Notes: generated by a model from the letters alone, not told the origin. Numbered from the whole stretch's first letter, positions 51,456 through 61,784 are shown. The stretch is DNA of 63,931 bases, filler included, from Limisphaerales bacterium (GCA_044225505.1; 4 parts of 4 records of this genome joined end to end with filler, not necessarily neighbours in it), one strand, 5' to 3'. A program made the numbers and translations.

Positions 51456-51893
51456 TTATTCTCCTGTCTTGTAGGCGACGCAGCTGATCTCGACCTTAAA
51501 CCCCGACACGAGCTTCACCCCACCGACGCAAGCGCGGGCCGGAAAACCGTTGGTAAAATAAGATGCGTAAACCTGGTTCATCGCTGCGTAATCGTCCATG
51601 ACCGCGAGGTAAACGGTCGCATTCACGACGTCGTTAAAGCCGTAGCCATTGTCTTTCAGGACCTTTCCAATGTTTTCCATGACCTGGCGAGTCTCGGCTT
51701 CGATTGAGTCATGGATAGACTGTCCCGAAGGTGTGCGGGCCACTTGACCGCTCACATAGAGCGTGGGGCCGGCGCGCCGAGCCGCACTAAACGGGAGCGG
51801 TGCAGCGGCCGTAGCCGCTTTCTGCGCCGTCGCTCCGATAAGTGTCATCAGAACCGCAACGGTTGCGACGAGGAGAATAGATCGTTTTGCCAT
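51456..51893 (-). CDS. RidA/YjgF family protein with N-terminal signal peptide
   Basis: FSAA..G.TLYVSGQ, MNQVY..YF, FPARAC (catalytic Arg present), KVEISCVA; basic then hydrophobic N-terminus. Confidence 0.88.
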   Translation of the reverse strand: MAKRSILLVATVAVLMTLIGATAQKAATAAAPLPFSAARRAGPTLYVSGQVARTPSGQSIHDSIEAETRQVMENIGKVLKDNGYGFNDVVNATVYLAVMDDYAAMNQVYASYFTNGFPARACVGGVKLVSGFKVEISCVAYKTGE

Positions 51894-52151
51894 GGGTTTG
51901 CGTGTGAATCAACGGTTAGTGCCAACAAGCAGAGAAAGCTACCCGCTGACCAATAGCGGCGGTAACAAGCTCTTCGGTGCTGACACTGTAACGACGCCGG
52001 ACACCGAATTTCAAATTGCAAATTCAAATTTCACATCCTTGCCACCCTCGAGTTGGGTAGGCCATGCCCTTTCCCCTTGAAGGCCGACGGAGCATGCGTC
52101 TAGGATTTGCCCGTCACCCAATTCCGTTGTCTCACGCATCTCCAAATCCAT

Positions 52152-53786
52152 ATGCGATTCCTTAAGCGCCTGCTCTTCTGGCTCATCAGTTCGATCTGCG
52201 TACAGATTCCCGTTGCTCTCGTCGCTGCCGATTCCAAGCCTGGCTGGTTTGATGTGACCCAATACGGAGCCTCCGCGCGGAAACTCGAAAATGCGACCCG
52301 CGCCATCCAAAAAGCAATCGACACCTGCGCCAGCTCCGGGGGAGGAACGGTTTTCTTTCCGCCGGGTGAGTATTCGTCGGGCACGATTCACTTGCGCAGT
52401 CACGTCCGCCTTCTGTTGGAATCCGGCGCGATCCTCTACTCGATCAAAGAGAAATCCGCCTTCGATAAAGAGGCCCTTATCTACGCGGACGGAGCTGAGA
52501 ACATCACGATCGAAGGCCGCGGAACGATTGACGGCCAAGGGGCTTACGAATGGCGTTTGAATGACATCGAAGACGATTTCATCCGTCCGAACCTGCAGGA
52601 AATGCAACGGCTGGGAAAACCCGCCCGACGCGCCTTTCCCAAGAAAGACCAATTCGGAAAGCTATTTCTCCTCCTCCGCTGCAAAGACGTGCGGATCGCC
52701 GGTCTGAATCTCATCAACTCTCCATCCTGGACGATCCATCCGTATGCCTGCGAGCGGGTCGTGATTGACGGTGTCTACATCCGGTCCAGTCTGGAAGCAG
52801 GCGTCTGGGCCGATGGCATCGACCCGGATGGATGCAAAGATGTGCGGATCGCAAACTGCACGATCGAGACCGGCGATGATGCGATCGTCTTCTATTCCAT
52901 GAATTGGTTCGGCCCGCCCCTGCCCTGCGAAAATATCACCGTGACAAACTGCCGCCTCACCTCCTCGTCCAGTGCAATCAAGTTCTGTGACGGCAATATG
53001 AACGCCATCCGGAATGTCACGATCAACAATTGTGTCATCACGGATTCCAATCGCGGCATCGCTTTTATGGATTTTGACGGCGGCACGGTGAGCGACATCG
53101 TCCTCGCCAACTTGATCATCGAATGCACTCGACGGGACTGGTTTTGGTGGGGAGACGGGGATCCACTCCATTTCAACATCAAACGCCGTAGCGAAGTCCA
53201 CAAGAGCGTTCCACCCGGGACGAACGCCCCAGCAGGCAAGATCAAGCGTGTTCTCATTAGCAACGTCATTGCGCGCGGCAAAGGTTCAAGCATTTGCAAT
53301 GGGCATCCGGACAGCTGGCTGGAAGACATCACCATTGAGAACTTCAAATTGTACCTCTCCTCAGATCCGACTGCGGCCTACGACAAATCCGTGCACGCGC
53401 TCAGCTTTCGCCAGGTTAAAAACCTGAAACTGCGTCAGTTGGAGATTCACTGGGACACTCCAGCCTCCGCTCGATGGGAGAGTGCCTTGGTCCTCGACGA
53501 AGTCCAGGGACTCGAACTTGACGGAATTCACGTACGCCAAGCGCAACCGGGCGCCAAATCCCCCGCCATCCTTTTGCACCAGGTGGAACATGGCACGATT
53601 CGGAACTCCGTCGCACTCCCGGGAACCGGTGACTTTCTTCACTTCAAAGGGAAACGGACCAAGGACATCCTGCTCCAGGGTAACGACGCCCGGGCGGCAG
53701 CTTCGCTCTATTCGACGAGCGACGTGGAGGAAAAACTCGCCATTGTCGAATCGGCGAATATGGTACCCAGTAACAAGGCTCAATGA
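52152..53786 (+). CDS. glycoside hydrolase family 28-like (pectin-lyase fold) protein
   Basis: Signal peptide, AIQKAID..GGGTVFFPPG, GTIDGQG, NSPSWTIH, DGIDPD, TGDDAI. Confidence 0.85.
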   Translation: MRFLKRLLFWLISSICVQIPVALVAADSKPGWFDVTQYGASARKLENATRAIQKAIDTCASSGGGTVFFPPGEYSSGTIHLRSHVRLLLESGAILYSIKEKSAFDKEALIYADGAENITIEGRGTIDGQGAYEWRLNDIEDDFIRPNLQEMQRLGKPARRAFPKKDQFGKLFLLLRCKDVRIAGLNLINSPSWTIHPYACERVVIDGVYIRSSLEAGVWADGIDPDGCKDVRIANCTIETGDDAIVFYSMNWFGPPLPCENITVTNCRLTSSSSAIKFCDGNMNAIRNVTINNCVITDSNRGIAFMDFDGGTVSDIVLANLIIECTRRDWFWWGDGDPLHFNIKRRSEVHKSVPPGTNAPAGKIKRVLISNVIARGKGSSICNGHPDSWLEDITIENFKLYLSSDPTAAYDKSVHALSFRQVKNLKLRQLEIHWDTPASARWESALVLDEVQGLELDGIHVRQAQPGAKSPAILLHQVEHGTIRNSVALPGTGDFLHFKGKRTKDILLQGNDARAAASLYSTSDVEEKLAIVESANMVPSNKAQ

Positions 53787-54104
53787 GCCGTCCTTGACTA
53801 AGTTAGTGCGAGGATCGAACAAACGCCGGTACAGACGGGTCCGAGGCTCAACGTGGCGGCCGTTTAGAAATCCTGCGAAAATGGCGTCGAGCTTGGAGCT
53901 ATCGGATATCCATCGTTGGGCCAGAGCAAATGCCGAGCACGAATCGTCTAAATCGAGATGGACCCCGCCAAGTCACCTGCTGGCTATTGATCACTGCTAT
54001 CGTCAAGCGCACGAACCGCGCGCAAGATTTCAACGGGTTCCCTGGCGAAGAAGGAAGCCAGAGTCTGCCGAGGTCATCGCCCCCCCAAGCGAGACCCTGA
54101 AACT

Positions 54105-55235
54105 GTGAATGTGCCAGTCATGCAGTCTCCGCCCGGGCCTGAAACCGTCATCGATGGAATCCGCTACCTTTACTTTGCCGGGACCAGTTACTTGGGACTA
54201 GCGGCACACCCCGATGTGATCGAGGCAGGCTGCACCGCTTTACGTCGGTATGGCGTCCATTCCGCGACCACGCGCGCGTTAGTTGGAACCAATCCTCCCA
54301 TTCAGGAGGTCGAGCAGCGAGCCGCCCAATACTTCGGAACGGAAGATGCCTTCTATTTTGGGAGCGGCTATATGGCCAACCACATTCTCGTCTCGGCTTT
54401 GCGTGATGAGGTTGAAGCCGTTGCGGTCGACGAATCAGCGCATTACTGTCTGCTGGAAGCGGCTCGTCTGGCGGGGAAAGACGTCGTTTCATTTCGCGCT
54501 CGCGACGCCGACGATCTGGCGCGAGTCACGCAGGGGTTTTCCCGGGTCTTGGTGATGTGCGATGCGGTAGGGTCCTCGAGCGGTCGCCTGGCTCCGGTGC
54601 ATTCTTATCTGGAAGTCTTACGCGAAAAGCCGCATTCCAAATTGCTTCTCGACGATGCACATGGATTTGGAGTGCTCGGCCCGCACGGCCGCGGCTGGCT
54701 AGACGAACTCGGCCTCTGGTCGCATGTCAACGGCGGCCCCCCTTGCCAGGGAGTGTCGCTCTTCGTCTCCGGTACGCTGGCCAAAGCCCTTGGAGGTTTT
54801 GGCGGGATCCTCCCGGGAACACGTCAGTTCTTGACGCGCGCGAGGTCGAGTTCGCATTACTTTGACGGCGCGAGCGCCCCACCTTCGGCCATTGCCGGCG
54901 CCACGGCCAAGGCTCTGGAAATCGCTTCCAACGACCCCACGCTCCGCTCTCGGCTGGGGGAAAATGCCGTATGGCTTCGCCAAGCGCTCGAAAAACTGGG
55001 CCTGGAAGTCCCGCCCGGTGCGACCGCCCACTTTGGCGTCACGATTGGCGACCGCGCCAATATGCTGCGGATTCACAATGAACTGAAAGCGCGTCGCATC
55101 TTTGTCCCATTCGTCGCTGCTTACTCGGGCATCCCTCAGGAAGGCTTGCTTCGATTCGCCGTCTTCGCCACCCATACCCAAACTCAACTAGAAACGCTGG
55201 TGAACGCGCTGCAAGAAATCGTCCCGAACCTCTAG
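54105..55235 (+). CDS. PLP-dependent alpha-oxoamine synthase-like enzyme (BioF/KBL family)
   Basis: GTSYLGL, SGYMAN, DDAHGFGVLG, GTLAKALG. Confidence 0.8.
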   Translation: MNVPVMQSPPGPETVIDGIRYLYFAGTSYLGLAAHPDVIEAGCTALRRYGVHSATTRALVGTNPPIQEVEQRAAQYFGTEDAFYFGSGYMANHILVSALRDEVEAVAVDESAHYCLLEAARLAGKDVVSFRARDADDLARVTQGFSRVLVMCDAVGSSSGRLAPVHSYLEVLREKPHSKLLLDDAHGFGVLGPHGRGWLDELGLWSHVNGGPPCQGVSLFVSGTLAKALGGFGGILPGTRQFLTRARSSSHYFDGASAPPSAIAGATAKALEIASNDPTLRSRLGENAVWLRQALEKLGLEVPPGATAHFGVTIGDRANMLRIHNELKARRIFVPFVAAYSGIPQEGLLRFAVFATHTQTQLETLVNALQEIVPNL

Positions 55236-55322
55236 AGCCCGTCGAAGCAATCGCCTCGGCGATGTTTTCCAGGAAAAGGCTGGAGCCCGCGGCGAACCCG
55301 ACGAACTATTCTCCGTGTTCTT

Positions 55323-56363
55323 ATGCAACTCATCCTCCGCGACCTGCATCTGCCCCTGCGACACGCGTTTACCATCTCCCACGGCACAACAACCCTGCAG
55401 CACACGCTCCTCGTCGAACTGCGCGAGGGCAACCTGCGCGGTTTTGGAGAAGGCGCCCCTGGAAAGGCCTATACGCAATTTACAGTGGAATCCATGCGCC
55501 AGGCGCTGGAAAACGCTCGACCCAAGATCGAGCAATGGACGATCCAAGACCCAGCCACCCTCTGGGACGCGCTGGCGCCAGATTTAGGCGCCAATCGGTT
55601 TGCCCTGTGTGGACTCGATGAAGCAGCCCACGATCTATGGGGCAAGCAGCAGGGCCAACCCGTCTGGAAACTGTGGGGACTCGAGTTAAAGAATCTTCCT
55701 TTGAGCGATTATACCATTGGCATCGATCCAATCGACAAAATGGTCGCTAAAATGAAAGAGTTCGAGGGTTGGCCAATCTTCAAGATCAAACTCGGAACTC
55801 AAGAGGACCTGGCTATCGTCCGTGAGCTGCGCCGACACACAGACGCGATCTTTCGAATCGACGCCAATACCGCCTGGACGGCCGAACAGACCCTTGCCAT
55901 CGCCCCGGAACTAAAACGCCTGGGCGTAGAGTTCATTGAGCAGCCACTTTCCCCGAACGATTGGGACGGGATGCGACAACTCTTCGCTAAGAGCGCCTTG
56001 CCCATCATCGCCGACGAAAGCTGCCTCACCGAGCAGGACGTGGCACGCTGTGCAGGTTATTTCCACGGCATAAACATCAAACTGACCAAGGCAGGTGGAC
56101 TCACCCCGGCCCGGCGCATGATCGCCCAAGCGCGCGAGCTAGGGTTGCGGGTCATGGTTGGATGCATGAACGAAAGCACCGTCGGGATCAGTGCGATCGG
56201 TCAATTGCTCCCTCTCATCGATTATGTGGACATGGATGGAGCCGCGTTGCTGGCGAGGGATGCTGCCATTGGGGTCCGGCTGGAAAAGGGCCGGGCGATC
56301 TTCCCAAACGAGAATGGCCTGGGCATCTCCTTGATCGAGCCCCTGTTAGACGGCACTTTTTAA
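55323..56363 (+). CDS. dipeptide (L-Ala-D/L-Glu type) epimerase, enolase superfamily
   Basis: FTISHG, KIKLG, RIDAN, EQP, ADES, NIKLTKAGG, GCMNES, DMDG. Confidence 0.92.
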   Translation: MQLILRDLHLPLRHAFTISHGTTTLQHTLLVELREGNLRGFGEGAPGKAYTQFTVESMRQALENARPKIEQWTIQDPATLWDALAPDLGANRFALCGLDEAAHDLWGKQQGQPVWKLWGLELKNLPLSDYTIGIDPIDKMVAKMKEFEGWPIFKIKLGTQEDLAIVRELRRHTDAIFRIDANTAWTAEQTLAIAPELKRLGVEFIEQPLSPNDWDGMRQLFAKSALPIIADESCLTEQDVARCAGYFHGINIKLTKAGGLTPARRMIAQARELGLRVMVGCMNESTVGISAIGQLLPLIDYVDMDGAALLARDAAIGVRLEKGRAIFPNENGLGISLIEPLLDGTF

Positions 56364-56378
56364 CGCCAATGAAATCTA

Positions 56379-56407
56379 TTGACGTGGCCGGGGGTGATTT
56401 GTACATT
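56379..56407 (+). promoter_or_regulatory. sigma70 promoter of tRNA-Asn
   Basis: TTGACG-N17-TACATT, ending 15 nt before the tRNA. Confidence 0.75.
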
Positions 56408-56422
56408 CCAACGCTCTTGAGT

Positions 56423-56497
56423 TCCAAAGTAGCTCAATGGTAGAGCAGCCGGCTGTTAACCGGCGGGTTGTAGGTTCGAGTCCTACCTTTGGAGCCA
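56423..56497 (+). tRNA. tRNA-Asn(GUU)
   Basis: Acceptor TCCAAAG/CTTTGGA, anticodon loop CT-GTT-AA, T-loop TTCGAGT, encoded CCA. Confidence 0.97.
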
Positions 56498-56556
56498 TTT
56501 CCCATCTCGTTGCCGTGCAACGAGGATGGCCCTTCGGTAGCACGCCAAACACCCCG

Positions 56557-56580
56557 TTTGCCAGTAAATTTGCCAGTAAA
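56557..56580 (+). repeat. perfect 12-bp tandem direct repeat, candidate integrase arm-binding sites
   Basis: TTTGCCAGTAAA x2, between tRNA-Asn and the integrase. Confidence 0.7.
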
Positions 56581-56680
56581 CGGTTTGCTCGCGAGGAATT
56601 CGCGCGTGCACTGGACCGGCACTTCACTTACTCGCTACCGGGTTGAGGCTCGTTCCATGTAGCCTGGAAATCAGGATTAC

Positions 56681-57730
56681 ATGAAAGTGCTCTACCGGCT
56701 GTATCGGCGTGGCGCCACGTTTTACTGCGAGCACACCGAGACAGGAAAACAGGAATCGCTTAAGACTGCGAACCGGGCCGAGGCCCTTCGTCTGGTGGCG
56801 GCAAAAAACGAGGCCGCGCAGGCCCCGTATCTGAACCTCACTCTGGGCCGCACGTATCTCCAGGCCCATGACCCTGAGCTCCCAAATCGGACTTGGTATG
56901 ATGTGATGGACCGGATGCTTAAGACCAAGTATCGCTCCCCCGAACCGCCCGCTCCCTCAACTGTCGAACGCTGCACGCGCGCCTACGAGCAAGAAGGCCT
57001 CCGAGCGCTCAGATCTCGAAAGCTCGTCGAAACACAGCCGGAGGACCTCAAGACGATTCTCGCCGCGGGAGTCGTCAGCACCAACCATTACCTCGGACGA
57101 TTGCACAGTTTAGCGGTGAAGCTCGGCTGGCTCCCGTGGCCCATCCTTCCCCCCAATGACTGGCCAACGCTGAATCGTGCCACCCGGCGGGCAATTACCG
57201 AACACGAACATCTCCGAATCGTCGAGGCGGAGCAAAATCAGGAAAAGCGCCATTTCTACGAACTCCTCTGGGAGACGGGCGCCTCGCAGACGGACGCGGC
57301 ACGGCTCACGGCTGAAAACGCTGATTGGACGCGTGGCGCCCTCAAATATGCGCGACAGAAAACAGGCAGCATTGCCTGCATTCAAATGGGGGAGAAGCTT
57401 TCAGCCCTCCTAAAGGCGCTTCCGCAGGCGGGCCCCTTGTTTCCTCATCTCTCGACTTTGACCGCCTCGGACCGATCTGCGGAATTCTTCCGACGTTGTC
57501 GTCTCCTTGAGATCAAAGGTGTGAGCCTTCACTCATACCGTTACGCCTGGGCGGAGAGGGCTCAAGAACTTGGTTACCCGGAGCGCTGGGCTCAGAATGC
57601 CCTTGGCCACAATTCAGTGAGTATACACCGCCACTACGCGAAACATGGTGAAGCAGTTTTTCACTCGCTGGACTTCTATGAGGCCACTGCCAAGTCGCTC
57701 GCTCCAAACCCGATTCCTGAGAAAGGATGA
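56681..57730 (+). mobile_element. tyrosine recombinase/integrase at the edge of a probable tRNA-Asn island
   Basis: RQKTG, LHSYR, ALGH, HRHY catalytic boxes; N-terminal arm-binding-like domain; 183 nt downstream of the tRNA. Confidence 0.85.
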
Positions 57731-57816
57731 TCGCTAAGATTCTCGGGGGTTTCGGTCACTTCGCCTGGCCGCTCCAGTTCGTCCTGTCAAATCTCATCCC
57801 TGCCCGGGCCGAACAC

Positions 57817-57916
57817 NNNNNNNNNNNNNNNNNNNNNNNNNNNNNNNNNNNNNNNNNNNNTTAATTAATTAANNNNNNNNNNNNNNNNNNNNNNNNNNNN
57901 NNNNNNNNNNNNNNNN
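57817..57916. other. artificial contig-joining spacer
   Basis: 44 N + TTAATTAATTAA + 44 N. Confidence 0.98.
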
Positions 57917-59587
57917 CTCAACGCCCCTCTCAATCGCTCTGGAGGCAATTCTCAATCCCGTTACAACTGGCAACTGAATGCCCATAACCGCGGCGCTGAT
58001 TGGTATTTCGAAAGCCTCGCGGACGCTTCATCCAATCCCGGCGCTGAAGGAGATCAATTCGTTCTCGACAGCCGCGGCGGCTCATCAGAACCAATGCTCA
58101 CCGTTCCAATGATCGGTTGGGTCGCCCGGTTGGGGCCCAATCGCGGTCGCTTGTCCAGTTTCTCCATCTCCAGATATGGCGCTCAAACAGGCCGGGATGC
58201 CCAGTGGTTTCCCGACGCCGGCAACGGCATCAGCGCCGCCAATAACCAAACGATTCCCAACAACGATCCCAACGACGCGAACGTCCTCACGGACTCGCTC
58301 TTTCAACAAGATTGGATTCGTCATCTGACCAACCGTTGGGGCAGTGCGAACAACGGCGGCCTCCGCTACTACGTTCTGGATAACGAACCAAGCCTCTGGC
58401 ACGAAACCCATCGCGACGTCTTCAAAACGGGTCTGCGCATGGCCGACCTCCGCGACCGGTTCATCGAATACGCATCTCGTGTCCGCGCCGTCGATCCAAA
58501 TGCCGTCGTTGTCGGGCCCGAAGAGTGGGGCTGGAGCGGGTACCTCTTGAGCGGTTACGACCAGCAATGGGCGAGCAGGAACGGCTGGAGCAGCTTTCCG
58601 GACCGCGATGCGAACGGCGGCATGGATTACCTTCCATGGTTCCTTGATCAACTCCATCGTCACGATCAAATCGCCGGGCAACGGTCCATCGACATCTTTA
58701 CCGTCCATTACTATCCGCAAGGCGGCGAGTATGGGAACGACGTTTCGGCAGCCATGCAACTACGCCGAAATCGTTCCACCCGCTCTCTCTGGGATCCCAA
58801 CTACCGTGACGAAACCTGGATCAATGACCGTGTTCGCCTCGTTCCGCGCCTCAAGGAGTGGGTGAAGCAATATTACCCGAACCTGAAAATCGGAATTACC
58901 GAATACAATTGGGGCGCGGAGAATCACATCAACGGCGCCACCGCCCAGGCCGACATCCTTGGCATTTTTGGTCGCGAAGGACTGGACATTGCGACCCGTT
59001 GGACCACTCCTGTCTCCAGCACGCCCGCTTTTAAAGCGATCCAGATGTATCGTAACTATGACGGCAGCAAATCCACTTTTGGCGATACGAGTGTTACGGC
59101 CGTGGCCGCAAATCCCGACAATCTATCGGCCTTCGCGGCGCTTCGTTCGAGCGACAAGGCTCTGACCGTAATGGTCATCAATAAATCCACCGCGACGACA
59201 CCCGTCGCCCTTTCTCTCAACAATTTCCCCCACCAGGGCAGCGCGAACCTTTGGCAACTCACCTCCGCAAATCAAATTGCGCACCCGGCCGGTCTCGTCT
59301 TCACGGGCAACAACCTGACCAGTTCCGTCCCCGCACAAAGCGTCACCCTTTATGTCCTGCCATCCGCGTCGTCGCCTCCACCGCGCATCAGTAAAATCAC
59401 TCCACAATCCAACCGCAAACTGCTCCTCGAAATCACGGGCGAGCGGAACGCCACCTACGAAATACAATCCAGCCCGGACCTGAACACCTGGACAATGCTT
59501 CAATCCGTCACCCTCATTTCGACCAGCGAAAGCGCCACGCTCGACACAGCTACCTCGCGAACGTTCTTCCGCCTCGTCCAGAAGTAA
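57917..59587 (+). CDS. glycoside hydrolase family 44 endoglucanase/xyloglucanase, 5' end cut
   Basis: Frame open from the contig edge (NRSGGN..SRYNW); LDNEPSLWHETHRD, VHYYPQ, STRSLWD, ITEYNWG; C-terminal FFRL module. Confidence 0.9.
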   Translation, partial: LNAPLNRSGGNSQSRYNWQLNAHNRGADWYFESLADASSNPGAEGDQFVLDSRGGSSEPMLTVPMIGWVARLGPNRGRLSSFSISRYGAQTGRDAQWFPDAGNGISAANNQTIPNNDPNDANVLTDSLFQQDWIRHLTNRWGSANNGGLRYYVLDNEPSLWHETHRDVFKTGLRMADLRDRFIEYASRVRAVDPNAVVVGPEEWGWSGYLLSGYDQQWASRNGWSSFPDRDANGGMDYLPWFLDQLHRHDQIAGQRSIDIFTVHYYPQGGEYGNDVSAAMQLRRNRSTRSLWDPNYRDETWINDRVRLVPRLKEWVKQYYPNLKIGITEYNWGAENHINGATAQADILGIFGREGLDIATRWTTPVSSTPAFKAIQMYRNYDGSKSTFGDTSVTAVAANPDNLSAFAALRSSDKALTVMVINKSTATTPVALSLNNFPHQGSANLWQLTSANQIAHPAGLVFTGNNLTSSVPAQSVTLYVLPSASSPPPRISKITPQSNRKLLLEITGERNATYEIQSSPDLNTWTMLQSVTLISTSESATLDTATSRTFFRLVQK

Positions 59588-59773
59588 TTGGCCAAAAGCG
59601 CTCCCACCCCGTCCTATACCATCCTGTTCTAACCAGGCCACGAAATCGCGCTCTGCGGCTTTGCTGGTCGCGTACCTCCTCGATTCGTCGATAAGGCTAT
59701 TCTCGTTCAAACTGCTTCATTTGACTAAATTCCTGCCCGCGACCTTTCCCAAAAAACGCCCCTGTAGCGGCTG

Positions 59774-60951
59774 ATGAGAATCGCATTGAGCCGCGCCGGT
59801 TTCCTGTACACCTACTTATTGGTGGTCCTCTTTACTTATAACGATCGTGCTCTGCCCCCGATCACTGTCTCGCAAAACGACCGGGCTGAATTTGTGCAGC
59901 GTGCAGGTGAAATGCTCCGACAACTTAAGATCAATAAGCCACAAGGTCTGCGCTCACCCAAAAGCGCGAGCACCGTTCGAGAGCTCGCCGTCGCGAATCT
60001 AAAGGAAGACGCAGGCGACGATTTTGAAATCCATTTACGGCCGGGAGAACACACCCTAATGCAGTTGCGGGGGCGGGCACTGGCGGCAATTCCGAAAGGC
60101 GCCTCCGTGTCGGCCCTCGCTGACTTGCACGAACGCGTCGCCCGCGAGTTCATCGGCAAACATCGCGACTTAATGCAGTTGAAGGACCCGGACCACGAAC
60201 TCTTTCTGTTGAAGAATGAGCGCGATGAATTAGGTCACCTGCATCTTCGCTTCGGCCAGACCTACAAAGGTTTGCGCGTCTGGCCCTCGGAATTGAGCGC
60301 TCACTTCGATTCCGACGGAACTCTCCGCTCGCTTGATGGAGCCTATGTTCCCACGCCGGACCTGAATTCGATCACGCCATCGATAGCAGCGAGTAACGCA
60401 GAAGCTGCCGCGAAAGGTGCGATTGCCCCAGCAAAAGACGCGATAGCGAGCAATACTGCATTGGTCATCTACGGGCCGATAGGTCAACCGACACGTCTTG
60501 CCTGGCAGATGGTGCTTACTGTCTCCCCAATCGAAGCGTGGCTGGCCATTGTAGATGCCCAGGATGGCTCAATTCTGCACCGTAGCTCGCTGATTCGCGA
60601 CATCGCAGTTCAAGGCTCGGGACTTGACCTGGTCGGCACCACCCGTCCGCTGAACCTTTGGCAGCAAGGCTCGACTTATTATCTGGTTGACACCACCAGG
60701 GCGAGTTACAACGCCGCTTATGATCCGATAGCCAATCCGCACGGCGTCATCAACATCGGGGACGCGAAAGGAATCGGCATAGATGAGGTCCTAAAGGTTG
60801 GGAGAACTGACCTTGCAAAGTCGAGCGTTCCCGATGCCTGGGCTCTGCCGGACGCTGTCAGTGCGGCTTATAACCTAGGGGAAGTTTACGATTACTTTCT
60901 CGAACGACACCAAAGGAACTCAATTGACGGCCAGGGCGGTAACCTCACCGC
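59774..60951 (+). CDS. M4 family metallopeptidase precursor, 3' end cut
   Basis: Signal/TM segment, FTP-like (DELGHLHLRFGQTYKGLRVW), PepSY-like (VDAQDG), DAVSAAYN..VYDYF...RNSIDG.G; HEXXH lies beyond the gap. Confidence 0.8.
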
Positions 60952-61051
60952 NNNNNNNNNNNNNNNNNNNNNNNNNNNNNNNNNNNNNNNNNNNNTTAAT
61001 TAATTAANNNNNNNNNNNNNNNNNNNNNNNNNNNNNNNNNNNNNNNNNNNN
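60952..61051. other. artificial contig-joining spacer
   Basis: 44 N + TTAATTAATTAA + 44 N. Confidence 0.98.
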
Positions 61052-61784
61052 ACTTTTCGGGCACAAAAAACGGGCTCTGTTCTTCCCGCAAAATCCAGCT
61101 TCCATCCTGTCCCTTGGTCGTTTCGATCTGTTGGCGCCCCCGCACCTGAGCTTCTATTTCTTCGACAAACGCTCGGTCGCCCACCGCGATGCTTTGAGTC
61201 CACTGCGCCTGATATGGGAGTTGATCGTTGATGAGGGCATTGTCTAAACGCTCGTTGAGTTGTGCCCGAAAATCGTTCACCTCACCGCAACGGACTAACC
61301 CCAGCAGCTTCGACATATCCAAGAGTCGATGGCGCCGTTGCCCGCCCATGAGCTCCCTATATCCCGACCAGGCCCACTCTCCCGGATGCTTCACCACGCC
61401 GCAACGCACCCTATTTAACTCCACGTAGCGCAAGCATTCCCAGAGGTATTCACCCGACCCAACCATGGTGGCATGATAGCGCCCCTCCCAGAATGCACCG
61501 CTTCGTCCTTTGCGCCGATTGTACTCCCGCGCGAACTCGCCCGCCGCCTGCTGCATGAGGCGCGCGATCGATTCGGATTGTTCGGCATAAACAATCAGAT
61601 GCACGTGATGGCTGGTAATATTGTAAGTCAGGAGCGCAACGTTTTCGCCCCGAACGGCCTCGCGGAGGCGACGCCGGTAAGCATCGCGATCTCTGGCCAA
61701 GCGCAAGAGGAACTGTCGATTGTGGCAGCGGTGCGTTAAATGATAAATGTAACCTGGAAGTATGTAACGATTGGCCCTTGGCAC
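61052..61784 (-). mobile_element. REP-associated tyrosine (Y1/HUH) transposase-like gene
   Basis: PRANR..PGYIYHLTHRC, HHVHL (HUH), GAFWEGRY, YVELN.VR, WAWSGY; 3' end at contig edge. Confidence 0.85.

Noticed and set aside
51909..51924. TGGCAC...TTGA upstream of RidA as a sigma54 promoter
   Set aside because: Spacing is one base too long and the -12 GC is missing
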